From positions 10,664,652-10,728,651 of the forward strand of contig NC_057720.1 of assembly GCF_004010195.1 (NCBI RefSeq): DNA of 64,000 bases, read 5' to 3'. The stretch's first letter is position 1. Every line of letters starts with the position of its first letter. Positions 1-12,800 of this stretch are shown one piece after another. Origin of the DNA: Chiloscyllium plagiosum. Taxonomy: Eukaryota. The notes under the pieces were generated by a model. That model did no database searches, was not told the origin of the DNA, and saw nothing but the letters and a program-made list of their open reading frames with translations. The translations under genes and the position numbers were made by a program.

Positions 1-490
1 CACCCTATTACTTTCACTCTTCTCCTGAATCATCCTCGCAATCCTTTCTTCTACATCTCTAGGACTATTAGGAGGCCTGTAGAAAACTCCTAACAGGGTG
101 ACCTCACCTTTCCTATTCCTAACCTCAGCCCAAACTACCTCAGATGGCGAGTCTTCATCCATCGTCCTTTCCACCGCTGTAATACTATCTTTGACAAGCA
201 ATGCCACACCTCCCCCTCTTTTACCCCCATCTCTGACCCTACTAAAACATTTAAACCCTGGAACCTGCAACAGCCAATCCTGTCCCTGTTCTACACATTT
301 CTCCGTAATAGCCACAACATCGAAGTCCCAGGTACCAACCAAGCTGCAAGTTCACCTACCTTATTTCGTATACTTCTTGCATTGAAGTGTACACACTTCA
401 AGCAACTTTCCTGTTTACAGGTACCCTCCTTTGAGATTGATGCCATGTTCCTAACCTCCCTACACTCCAGGTCCTGCACTCTAAAGCTAC
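1..490 (-). mobile_element. CR1-type LINE fragment, start of ORF2 (APE endonuclease), runs off the window
   Basis: LKCVHFNARSIRNKVGELAAW, then frameshifted DVVAITE and GGGVALLV motifs. Confidence 0.85.
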
Positions 491-494
491 AATT

Positions 495-1110
495 GAGTAT
501 AAAAGTGCAAAGATGTCACTAAAACTGTGCAAGGCACTAATTAGACCACAGCTGGAATAGTGTGAACAGTTTTGTACCCCTTATCCAAGGAAAGATATAT
601 TAGCATTAGAGGGAGTTCCGAGACAGATTCTATGTTGATCCTCATACAGAGGGACAGTCTTATGAAAAGCGGTTGAGTAGATTGGGCCTGTTTGTATTGC
701 AACAGAGAAGAATGAGAGATGACTTTGCTGAAACATACAAGCTTCTCAGGAGACTTGACATGATAGATGCAGAAAGGTTCTTTCCCCTTGTGGGAGAGTC
801 TAGGACCAGATGGCATAATGTCAGAGTAAAGGGTCGCACATTTAAGGCAGACATGAGGAGGAATTCTTTCTCTGAAGGTAGTGAATCTGTGTAATTCTCG
901 ACCCCAGAGGGCTGTTGAGGCTGTGTCACTAAGTATATTCAAAGCTAAGATAGGCAGATTGTTTTTTATACCTGAAAGGAAATTGGGGGTTATGGGGAAA
1001 AGACAGAAAGATGGAGTGGAGGATTATCAGATCGGGCGTGACCATATGGAATGGTGGAGCAGACTCAAATAGCTGAACAGCCTATTTCTGTTTCTGTGTC
1101 GCATGGTCTT
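495..1110 (+). mobile_element. CR1-type LINE 3' fragment (decayed)
   Basis: RPQLE, ESRTRWHN..VKG..FK..MRRN.FS motifs typical of the CR1 ORF2 C-terminus, followed by 3' UTR. Confidence 0.8.
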
Positions 1111-2274
1111 AAAGGTAAATTGATGTTTCGCCGTTCCTTCACTGACACTGGGTCAAAATCCTGGAATTCCCACCCTCTTGGCATTGTGGGTCAACACACA
1201 GCAGGCAGACTGCAGTGGTGCAAGAAAACAGCTCACCACCACCTTCTCAAGGGCAACTAGGGATAGGCTAAAATGCTGGCAGTCACAGCCCACAAATTAG
1301 TTAAAGAACTGCTATAACTGAAATCCATGAACGTTTTGCAACTTAAATATTAAGTGCTGCATATTGTTTGAGTTGCACAATGCAGTTGTTACTTTTTGAA
1401 ACATTATGAGGGAGAATTTGAGATTTTGTAACACTGAGAGGCTTTTGATTTTAGGCAATTCTGCCTTACAACAATCTCTGATTGATCTACACACTGTTAA
1501 AAAGCTGAAAGTGTCAGGGAGGCAGAAAGGAACGTCCAGAGCCAGGAATACCTGTTTTCTTTGACCCATCCAGCATTCGGTAATATAAGCAGAGGTTACA
1601 GCTTCAGATATTATTTGTTCCCATGTGTTTATATTTTGAGTGTGTGTAAAGTTGGAGGTGTTACAATTACATTTCAGATGTTGTGATAAATAAATGATGT
1701 TTCTAACTAAAAAAAAGTTTCATGTACATCCTTTCACGTTGCACCTCTCACAGAGATGAAACACTATTTCTCTAAAGTTGTAATCAGCCAAGAGATGAGA
1801 AGAGGGAGGAATTACCCTACATTTCTCCCCATCTGTAAACTAAACACAATTATTCCAAAGGACTCCTATCATCCCCGACTTCCTAACTCATCCACAATAG
1901 CTTTACTTTTATTCTTCCATTAATTCCATTTGCACATCTCTTTCATTTGCATTGGTCTGTATTGGCTCCTTTTGTTCTTTCTGGGCACTTCTAAGCACCC
2001 TGAGTTCCACCAGTACCCCACTTGCATTCCTTTGCTTTTGTTTGCAAAGCAGGAGGGCTCATATTATCCATTGGAGCTTTGGTTGCAGTCTCTGACATTT
2101 TAGTGTATCATCACTTGATTCTATTGTGGCTGGTGGTCATCAGTGACATTTCAGCTGGATCAGCCAGTCAGAACTCCCCCTCCACCACCACCCCGCCATG
2201 CTCCTCTTCACTTTTCTCCCCTTATACATTTCCTCACTATCTCACTGACCAGACTCTCAACCATTGAAACAAGA

Positions 2275-2460
2275 ATCAAAGAATTGAGGATGCTGGAAGT
2301 CTGAAACAAAAATAGAAATTGCTGGAAATCCTCAGCAGGTCTTGCAGCATCTGTGGAAAGAGAAACAACGTTAAGATTTCAGGTCCAGCAACCCTTCTTC
2401 AGGTTCCGAAACATGAACTCATGTTTATCTGCTGAAGTTCTCCAGCAATTTCTCTTTTAG
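2275..2460. mobile_element. Penelope-derived fold-back element with degenerate hammerhead motif
   Basis: Inverted arms (agaaattgctgga...cagcag / ctgctga...tccagcaatttct); minus strand CTGAAGA-AGGGTTGCTGGACCT-GAAA at 2402-2377. Confidence 0.6.
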
Positions 2461-3464
2461 TCTCAATCATCTAATCCCTCCATCCATCATTGTGTTTCCC
2501 TTTCGATGCATATTTCCATTTGTGATCCTTATTGATGTATATATTAAATAAGGCAGTTAGATGCACATTGTTGTTATTGGTGATAGTAGTATGGAAACTA
2601 CTACTAGTTTTCAGAAAACTTTCTCTGTGAGAATCTACTTCAAATGGTAATGTTGCTGTAAGGCCATTTTTCAAGAGTTTCTTATTAATGGTGTCAGCCT
2701 CTCTGAGAAAACAGCATTCTGATTGCAAGAGATATTGTTTATTAAAGGAAAGAACAAAAATAATATTTTTAAAAATCAATTATACAGAACGGAAGAGCAC
2801 GTAGAATTGCCTAAGTTCCAAAAAAATAAGATACAAAGATGGGTGATAGGCAAAGCTTATGTCCCCTGGGCTGTGTCTGTCATACCCTTTCAGTTTAAAC
2901 AGAGAAACACAGAAAATAGCAGAAATTGAATATTCATCCCTTCCAGCGTACTCCACCATTCAATTTGATCACAGCTAAACATCCCACTCATTACCTGTTC
3001 CCACTTTGCCCCTATACTCTCTAGCCATGAGAACTCTATCTAACTCCCTGAAAACATTCAATGTTTTGATCAAAACCGCTTTGTTTAATAGAGAATTCCA
3101 CAGGCTGACCATACTCTGGGTGAAGGAATTTCTCTTTATTCCCGTCTTAAATGGCCTACTCTGTATCTCTGGACTGTGACCCTGGTTCTGGACTCCCTAG
3201 TTGTCAGGAACATCCTTCCTGCATTTACCCAGGTAGCTTCTAATCTCTTCCAAGCCAATAATGAGGAAAGGTGCACCACAACATTGGTAGGAAAGCTGTG
3301 AAATCCCTGGAAAATAGCAAGAATATTGGAGATATACCATGGACATTCATGGACTACAACCCCTCAGCACCAAATCTTTATAACATACAGTGTAATCTGA
3401 TTAAGTGTTTGAATAATTAGACCAATTAATTGCATGCTCCCTGCTCATTCCTCCAGCAAGGATA

Positions 3465-3862
3465 TTAAACGACTGCAAAAGTTCTCCCCTTGCATTTTTT
3501 CTGAACCAGGTAATTGACAATCCCAATGATCAAACACACCAGAATTGCAACAACAATCGCAATCCAAATCACCTTCCATACACTACTGCCTTTTGGGTGC
3601 TCAACCAGAGGTGACGGTACAAAGACATAAACCTTGGCCACATTAGACATTTCAGATGACTGTTCCTGTTTATCGTAGGCGCAGAGAGCGAAGTAGAGCG
3701 TTGTCCCGTTTTGCAGTTCTGTGTTTTCGGGAACAAATGTGAATGTTTCCCTTGAGCCAAATGGACGTGGATTCAAGTTGGTGAGGTTAACCAGGGCAGC
3801 TGCTGTGAAGTTGTCCCGTAGCTGGAGGAGGTGGTCACTCATTCTCATCTCATAGCGGGACG
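3465..3862 (-). CDS. CLCA: CLCA exon 14 (terminal coding exon, TM helix at 3504-3581, short cytoplasmic tail, TAA)
   Basis: Polypyrimidine tract plus GATAG|CG acceptor; SRYEMR...SEMSNVA...[38 protein letters not shown]; 398 nt. Confidence 0.94.
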
Positions 3863-6800
3863 CTATCAAAAGGAGAAATGAAAGAAGAGAGAGAAGAAAT
3901 TAATGTGTTCACATCTAAACTAAACAAGGGTGACTTCCTAAACCGAGGTAAAGGGTGGAACCTGGCTTAAACAACAGGGTCTTGGTATGTGGTAGGAGAG
4001 CAGGCCACACTCTTAAGCTACTCAGGCATGTGACAGGCCTATGGTGAGCCTGGATTGGGGAATGGTTTTTAGGATGATGGGGTGCGGTGAGCTGGAAAAG
4101 ATCCATCTACCAACAGCTCCCGTCCAATTCATCCTTGTCCCTCAGTGCCATTGGGGAACCATTGGCTGCTGCTGGCACTGCATACGCCTGAGGGCCAATG
4201 AAGGACCCAGGTAAGTGATGGCAGGAAGTGGGTTGCTGGATGTTGGGTTGTTGGGTGGGGGAGCTGAGGGATTCAACATCAAGCTGGGGGAGTGTGGGGT
4301 GCAATGGGAGGGGTGGCTGCCAGTGGACAGCACCCCCTCCATCATAACCCCTTAATGCTGTGTCATTTCAGTATCATTGAAATACAAAAATTCTCTAGAA
4401 AGCTCCAAGCATGTACGCTAGGCTTTGCTTCTTGTGCCCTCTGCAATGGGGTCCCTCCTCCACCACTGGATTAATACAGCAGCAGCAGAATGTAGTTGTA
4501 GATGGGTATTGCCCATTTAAGGGACTCAAACAGTAGCATACCATCCATGGGGAGCTTTACCATTCATGGGAAAACAGCAAATTGTTACATCACAACACAA
4601 ACATCACAATTTATTGATCAAAGCAGAACACAAGCAGCCAATGTCACATACTAATTCCACCATTTCACCAAGACTTGACTTAGTTCCTCTCTTCTTCTGG
4701 TGAGTGCATTTCATCTGTATAGAATATCTCCACTGTTTATCAGCATTCACCAATAATCTGCTCAAATCAGTCCCACAAAGGAAATATCTATATAAGTAGG
4801 GTCAAATTTAAATGCAGATTATAGGGCTTAAAGCAGGATTCTTGGCAGTGTGGAGGAGCAGAGAGGCCTTGGGATCCATGTCCACAAATCTCTCAAAGTT
4901 GCCAACCAAGTTGATAGGGTTGTTAAGAAAGTGTATGGGGTATTGGTTTTCATTAGCAGGGAGAATGAGTTTAACAGCCTTGAGGTTATGCTGCAGTTCT
5001 ATAAAGCCCTGGTTAGACCACACTTGGAATATTGTGTTCAGTTCTGTTCGCCTCATTATAGGAAGAATGTGGAAGCTTTAGAGAGAGTGCAAAGGAGATT
5101 TACCAGGATGCTGTCTGGACTGGAGGGCATGTCCTATGAAAAAAGGTTGAGGGATATAAGGTTTTTCTCATCAGAGCAAAGAACAATGAGAGGTGTTCAA
5201 GATGATGACAGGCATAGATAAAGTGGATAGTCAGAGATTTTTTCCCAGGGTGGATATGGCTACCACATGGGGACATAATTTTAAGGTGATTGGAGGAAAG
5301 TTTAGGAGAGATGTCAGAGGTAGGTTCTTCACACAGAGAGTGGTGGGTGCATGGAATGTACTGTCAGCAGTGGTAGTAGAGTCAGATATATTTAGGGACA
5401 TTTAAATGACTTTTGGATAGGCAAATGGTTGATAGTAAAATGTAGGGTATATTGGTTAGTTTGATCTTAGCATTGGATAAAAGGTCAGCACATCAAGGGT
5501 CAAAGGGTCTGTAGTGTGCTGTATTGTTCTATGTTCTAAGCGGCCAATGTTTAACAACAATTACCTGCTCCCTCATCATAGTCCTCTCCTGGTGCAGTCC
5601 ATTCCAATACAACTTTATTTTGAGCTAATGTTGCTTGAAGGTCTGTGATTTTACACGGTGGAATGTCAACATTGAGTGTCCCTTCGGTAACTGAAATGGA
5701 TCCTCCTGACTTGACCCTGTTGAAATCTCCTATGTCAGCCTCAAGATCATCCACATTGACTGAAGGTTTTGGTGGACTTATTTGAATAATTCCTACGTGA
5801 AAAGGAAGACATTTATATCCTAATTAGACCGAGACCACAAAGTCTGAATTAGCACAAGTCCTTTTAGGATATCCTTCATGAAACATTAACTCTGTTTCTC
5901 TCTACGCAGATATGACCAGCGCAGCTGTATTTCACTTGCACCATCGCTTTTTATTCCAAAGATTCAACACCTTCTCACTGATGAAATTTGGCTTCATCTC
6001 AATCCGAAATGGTCAACAACACATCATCAATGATCCATACTTTTAGATTTCCTGAGCAGGGGAACTATGTCCCCAGCACTAATACTCTCAAGCAGCGTGA
6101 TTTGATGAATAGTAATCCCCTTAACAATTAAGCTTACATTTTAAACATTCAACCCCTCATTCAGGCTCTGAGTGGCTTTGAGGCAGTTTCTGCACCCAAA
6201 TGCCTGCAAGTAAACCTACCAGTGTTTGCAAGATAGCCTGCCCATATGGTGGGGTGTTCTGCCTACTTTTGGGTTAACACCAGTAGTGGTGGGGCATGGA
6301 TTTTCCAGGCTGGAGGTAGGAAGATGGTAATAGTAAGCCCAATTGGCTCTCTCCCACCTGTGTAGATACCCTTCTGGCATTTTGGCTATTAAATTAAAAA
6401 ACTGTTTAAAAGATATGCAACAATAGAAGGCAATATTATCACAGCAAGGCAGGAGTCAATAAACTATCAGTTGTATCTCCCCTCACCTCTTGTCCATCAT
6501 AAGAGGTATGGACAGGGTGAATGCACCCAGTCTTTTTCCCAGAGTTGGGAAATCAAGGACTGGAGGGCATCAGTTAAGGTTAGAGGGGAAAGAATAAAAG
6601 GGAACGTGAGGGGCAACTTTTTTACACAGAGGTTGGTACCCATATGGAATAAGCTGCCAGTGGAAATGGTTACAGTGGGTACATTAACAACATTTAAAAG
6701 GCTTTTTAAAAATTTATTGGATGAGGGCATCACTGGCCAGGGCAGCACTTATTATCCATCCCTAATTTCGCAGAGGGCAGTTAAGAGTCAACCCCATTGC

Positions 6801-9800
6801 CGTTGGTCTGGAGTCACATGTAGGCCAGACAAGAATGGCAGCTCCCTTCCCTGAAAGACATTAGTGAACCAGATGGGGTTTTCCAACAATGGACAATGAA
6901 TGCACAGTTGCCATTAGATCCTTACTTCCAGATTTTACTGAGCTTAGATTACATCATCTGAACATTAACTGAGTCTCTGGATGAACAATCCAATGATAAA
7001 ACCACTGTGCCATTGCCTCCCCATGCCATTTGGCCAAATACATGGATTGGAAAGGAAAGGGCCAAGTGCAGGAAATTAGCTTGGATGGACATTTTGGTCG
7101 GCATGGATAGTTTGGGATGAAAGGCCTATCTCTGCGTTGTAGGACTCTATGACTCTGTAACATTTCACTTTTCTTGGGCTGTAAAGGCTGGGAGAACCTC
7201 CTGCAATGAATGCTACAAAACTTTAAGCATTATGTGAAGTACCTTTCCAATCATAGGTAGCATTCAAAGGGTATGGAGAGCTCACAACTCAATGGTTTAC
7301 CACGACATAAAGCATACACCATTGCCATGGCACCCCTGCACATTCTGCTTTGCTGTTGCCAAATGTTATTACCATTTTCTGTGTATCCCGGTATGTAAAA
7401 GGAATGTCCTCCTGTTCGGATCGCTGTCTTTGTCTTCCCTTCCTTTCCCTGCACACGTACTTTAAAGTTGTATCTTCCATATCCAGAATACTTAGAGAAA
7501 TATTTTGTGTAAATACCATCATTTTTGACAATGTCAGCACCTAAAGGCAAGGAAAGGGTAAGTAGCTGCAGACTGAGTGAAGCATGGAATAATTGACTGT
7601 ATTTGGATTGGCACTGATATCACTGATGACAAGTGCAAAGTCAAATTGATCCGGGAATTCTAAGTTCAAATGCTTTGTGAATTGTTATAAATGTAACATA
7701 TTGTTTTTTTTACATTGTTTATTGTTTAAAAAGAAACTTTGGGGGTTAAAAATTGATTTTGTGCTGCTTCTCAGGCACTGTGATTCATGAGCTGCTTATT
7801 CCGATTCTGGTGTAGATAGGAAACATTAACTTTCCGCTGCCATCACATGTACATGGTAGAAACTAATGTTCCCTGCGTTGCTGACTGCCATTGCGTTCAA
7901 GAGTGTACTGAGCAGGGAAAAGGTGCTGAAGCCAGCCTTCTGTGGTGGAGGTGCAGAGGAGGACAGACACCATGGATCTTGAGGGAATGGAGCCATGAGA
8001 CCCTCAAGACCCATCCTCAGACAGGAGTAGGAGCAGGTGGCCAAGAAAGTCAATGCTTATTGTCTGAATCTGAAGAACAGGCAGCAGTTCTTTTTTTTAA
8101 TATATTCACTGCTAGGATGTGGGTGTCACTAGCTAGGCCAGCATTTATTGCCTGTCCCTAGTTTCACATGAGAAGATGACGGTGAGCTGCCTTCTTCAAT
8201 TACTCGACATCCATGTGCTGAAGATAGACCTGCAATGTCATTAGGGAGGGAATTCCAGGATTTTGACCCAGTGACAGTGAAGGAATGATGATATATTTCC
8301 AAGTCAGGATGATGAGTGGCTTGGAGGGGAACTTGCAGGAGGTGGTGTTCCCATGTATCTGCTGCCCTTGTCCTTCTTGATGGAAGTGACCATAGTTTGG
8401 AAGGTGCTGTCTCTTGGAAGGATCTTTGGTAAATATTTGCAATGTATCTTGTAGATAGTTCACACTGCTTTTATTAATTGCCAGTGGTGGAGGGAATGGA
8501 TGTTTGTGGACAAGATGCCAATCAAGTAGGGATTGTTTTGTTCTGAATGGTGTTGAGTGTTGTTTAACATGGAGGAGCATTGAGCCATCAGTGGAGGGCT
8601 GGGGGTTGGGGGGTTGGTATGTAGCAAATCGGAAGGAGCTTTTCTTGCCCATGTTTTACCTGTGTCATGAGCACTGATGGGGTCCGGAGTCAATGTGCTT
8701 AATGCCCATATTCCCTGTGACCACTGCTGTTGAGCGCAGGAACAGTCAACAGGTCCATCAGAGGTTACTTTGCAATATATTCTATGCTCTCAAAGTTATA
8801 ATTACATACATCTAAATTTCAGGTACTGACAGTTGTAAATATATATTCTACTTTATTGAGTCACATCATCAATCTTACTCAGGCCATTATCACAAAGTTG
8901 TTGTTCGATTGGAGGGCCAGTGGGTCGTTCAATAATAACTGTCACATTTGCGAACAGGACAGGTGAGAATCCTTGACTGACTTGTGCGTAAATTGTCCTA
9001 TGATCCTTCAAATCCTTTTCACTGATGTGCACATGGACCGTCACCAGGGGAGTTTTCTCATCTGCTGCTCGGGATGTCACTGAGATAGTTATAACCTGTT
9101 CAATGCCAGAATTCCGGATACCATAATTCCAATGTCCTGTCTGGAATTCAAATATTTATTTTCAATGGCTGGATAAATAAGACCTCTTGCAAGATTTCAG
9201 AGCTTTCTCTAACTTTGTCTTTAGAATATCTGCTCAAATTTATCTGAGACAGTTTTTCTTTGAGTATAAATGATACAGGTTGATTTAATGGTGTGTTTAT
9301 GCCGAGTAAAGGATTTTGTTGCCTCAATTGGAAACATCCAGACAAGGGGCATAACTCTAAGATTGGCAATTCTGGCCTATCAGAAAGATTTTGTGAAACT
9401 TGAAAGGGTTCAGGAAAATGTTGCCAGGGTTGGAGGGGTTGAGCTATAGGAACAGGCTGAATAGGATGGGGCCAATTTCCCTGGAGCATGGGAAGCTGAG
9501 GGGTGACCTTATAGAGGTCTATGAAATCATGAGGGCCATGGATTGGGTAAATAGATAAGGTCTTTTTCCTGGAGTGGGGAAGTCCAGAATAGAGGGCATA
9601 GGTTTAAGGTGAGAGGGGAAAAATGTAAAAGCAACCTAAGGTGCAACTTTTTCACTCAGAGAGCAGTGTGTAAGGAATGAGCTGCCAGAGGAAGTAATGT
9701 AGGCTGAATCAATTACAACATTTAAAAGGGTATATGAATAGGAAGGGTTTAGAGGGATATGGGCCAACCGTTGACAAAGGGGACGAGATTCGTTTAGGAT

Positions 9801-12800
9801 ATCTGGTTGGCATGGATGAGTTGGACTGAAGGGTCTGTTTCCGTGCTGTACATCTCTATGGCTCTATGACTCTGTTATGGATCAATTGTAAAGGGCTGGA
9901 GCTAGGAAGCACACAAGGACAAACTGAAATTTAGGATTTTGATTTGCTGCTTAAATATTAAATATATCCACATTGAGAACAATGACTATTGAAAGGCAAA
10001 AATGTCAAGGGGTTTGGTAGCAAACTGAGTACATCGATTTAAGATACAAATCAGCCATGGTCTCACTGAATGACAGAAGTCATTTAAGGGACTGACTTGT
10101 CTTTCTTACATGACATTGAGGCACCATTGATCAAACTGTGCAAACTCAGGAACAGAAGAAATAAGAACATCAATCCTACCCTGTCATTTGACCAGACCAC
10201 GGATGATCTTCTACCTCAATGCCATTGATCTGCACTACCTCCATATCTCTTAATGTCTTCAACATCTGGAAATTTACCAATCTCTGTCTTTAGCATACCC
10301 TATAGCACTTTAGAGTGTTTAATACTCTTTACTTGAAAATGTGTCAGCAATATTGAGGTGAACTCAGGATTACCCTCGCTTATGATGCCTCCATGGGTTC
10401 CCAAGGCTCTCAATGACATTGAATGACCCTAATGCCCATGTCCTCACCAATGCATTGGCAGCTGTACCATGCAGGAGTGACATATTGTAACATAGTGATG
10501 AATTGTAACATAGCCATTTTGTTTCATTCCATTTGTACTGTGTACTCAACCAGCTAATGGCAGAGATCGTGTAAAAGACTGCTCTGTATAATGGACTTTT
10601 GTTGAAATAGAGGATGTATAATAGTAAACAAGCTGCTTTCTAATAACTCTACTGAAAAACATGATTAAAATGATACCATGTACACTGCAGACAATAAAGA
10701 ATTGAAGGAGATGTTTTGATCCCTACCTGTGCAGTTCCAGGAATGCTCAGACGGGCCGTATGTGTTGTACTATCAATCTTAAAATCATTGCTGTTATACA
10801 TCTTTCCACTGGGGTCATATACAAACATATTTGGTGTCTGCTTCTGCCATGTAATGACAAAAAATGTGTCATTCCCAACTGTCTTGTCGACGAAAACTGT
10901 TCCGTTCAACCAAGTGTCTTCTTCAACCTTCGTTCCAAAATTTTCAAGCTGGGACCAAAGAAATGGATCTATTGAATCTAACATTAAGTTAACACACGGA
11001 TAATGAGAAAGCCACTATCTGAGGGAAAACTGACCTGAATTGACTGTTGACTAATATCACCATTTCCTGATACCATTGAAGAGAAGACATTGGTTAATCC
11101 ATTTGCATCCACTTTATCAGTGGCTGCAAACTGTCGACCCCCTAGAGAATGCAGAGGGTAAGAAAGTTATAAACATGGATCAAATACATGGTCAATGGGC
11201 AATGCCAATTGAGACTGAAATGAAGAAGGAGGCATCAGGGCTTTCTGCAATGTGACAGGAACTGCCCAAATTGTTTGGAATAAAACTATTGAACATGTGT
11301 ACATTGATATTCATCCTGTCAGATTAGCAGCTGTAATGAGCGTGGGGTTGAGAGAGAAAGAATTAAAATGCCAGTGGTAGGCACCATGTTCCCATTGCCT
11401 GCAATATTAGTAAGTAGCTTGGAGAATCAAGTATAGGAAAAAGTGTGGACTGCAAATGCTGGAGAGTCAGAGTCGAGAGTGTGGTGCTGGAAAAGCACAG
11501 CAGATCAGGCAGAATCCATGGAGCAGGAGGGTTGATGTTTCAGGCATAAGCCCTTCATCAGCTTATGCTTGAAATGTTGACTCTCCTGCTCTTCGGATGC
11601 TGCCTGACCAGCTGTGCTTTTCCAGTGTCACACATAATTTCCTGTTAGCTGTGCTTGTGGATACCACCAGGAATGAAGTACAACAACTTCCTGTCGGAGT
11701 CTGACCAGTAATTGGAATGCTCTCACTCGAAATTCCTTTGTCCAGTATTTTCACTGAGGGGTCACCCAATTCATTTTAAACCTGTTAACACTTCCACCAC
11801 AATAAAAGTTGGGAACAGAACTCAAAACAACAAGGCTTGAAGTTGCATTTGTCTCCCAAGAATTCATGAGAAACTCTTTGTGTCCTTATTACCTGTCAAT
11901 ATTGACATCTGTTCCAGCTCTGCGGCTGCATCTGGTCCTAATGCTATCGTGTGGATAACTGCACCACTTTGTTCCACCTCCGAGAAACAACTGCTTATCC
12001 CACTGTCCTCCCCATCAGTCAGCAAAACAACTTCATCACCATTTGTAGCACCGTCATCATCACCAAGTACCTGCAAAGCCGTTAAATTATTGTCAACATG
12101 GGAAAACTGAAAATTAAATGAGTTACGAAAGTTTGCTAAAGCATTTCAGTTTCTACCTGAAAACCAGCCTGGACTCCTGCGCAGATATTTGTCCCTCCAT
12201 TAGCTGTTGTAGGTAGCAATTGGACAAGTTGATTCCTCACACCTTCATTATCAATCACTTTCAAATGTGATTGAATAGTTGCAGCACTGTTAAAAGTGAC
12301 AATTCCAACTTGAGATTTTGCTTCAATGATCTGAAGTAAGAATATCTCCGCTGCTTGTCGGAGTCTGTTAATACGATTCTCCTATCGAATTAAAAAAAGA
12401 CAATGTAATATGCAGCTCACTGCCTTTTACCTGATTTATTTATAAATTAATTTTCATAAATCTTACTTTAAATGTAATTTAAAGTTAGTATTAAGCAGTC
12501 TGCTTTGCCCGAGATAGTTTCAAGGTTTTTTTTCTGTTGATTGTTTTGGCTGCATTAATTCAAGCAAATGTTTCCTTTTTACGCATGGGATGTGGGTGTC
12601 ATTGGCAACAGCAGTATTTATTGCCCATCTCTAATTGCCTTTGAACTGAACGACTTGCTGGGCATGTCAAGGGTAGTTAAAGTCAACTACAGTCTCTGAG
12701 AATGGAGTTACATGTACGTCAGTGAACATTGACAGATTTCCTTCTCTCAAGGGTATAAGTGAATCCACTGCTTATTTATGACAATGATTGACATTTGACT

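Noticed and set aside
1900..3140. CLCA polyadenylation signal
   Set aside because: Several minus-strand AATAAA candidates (~3135, ~2738, ~1908); cannot choose without transcript data.
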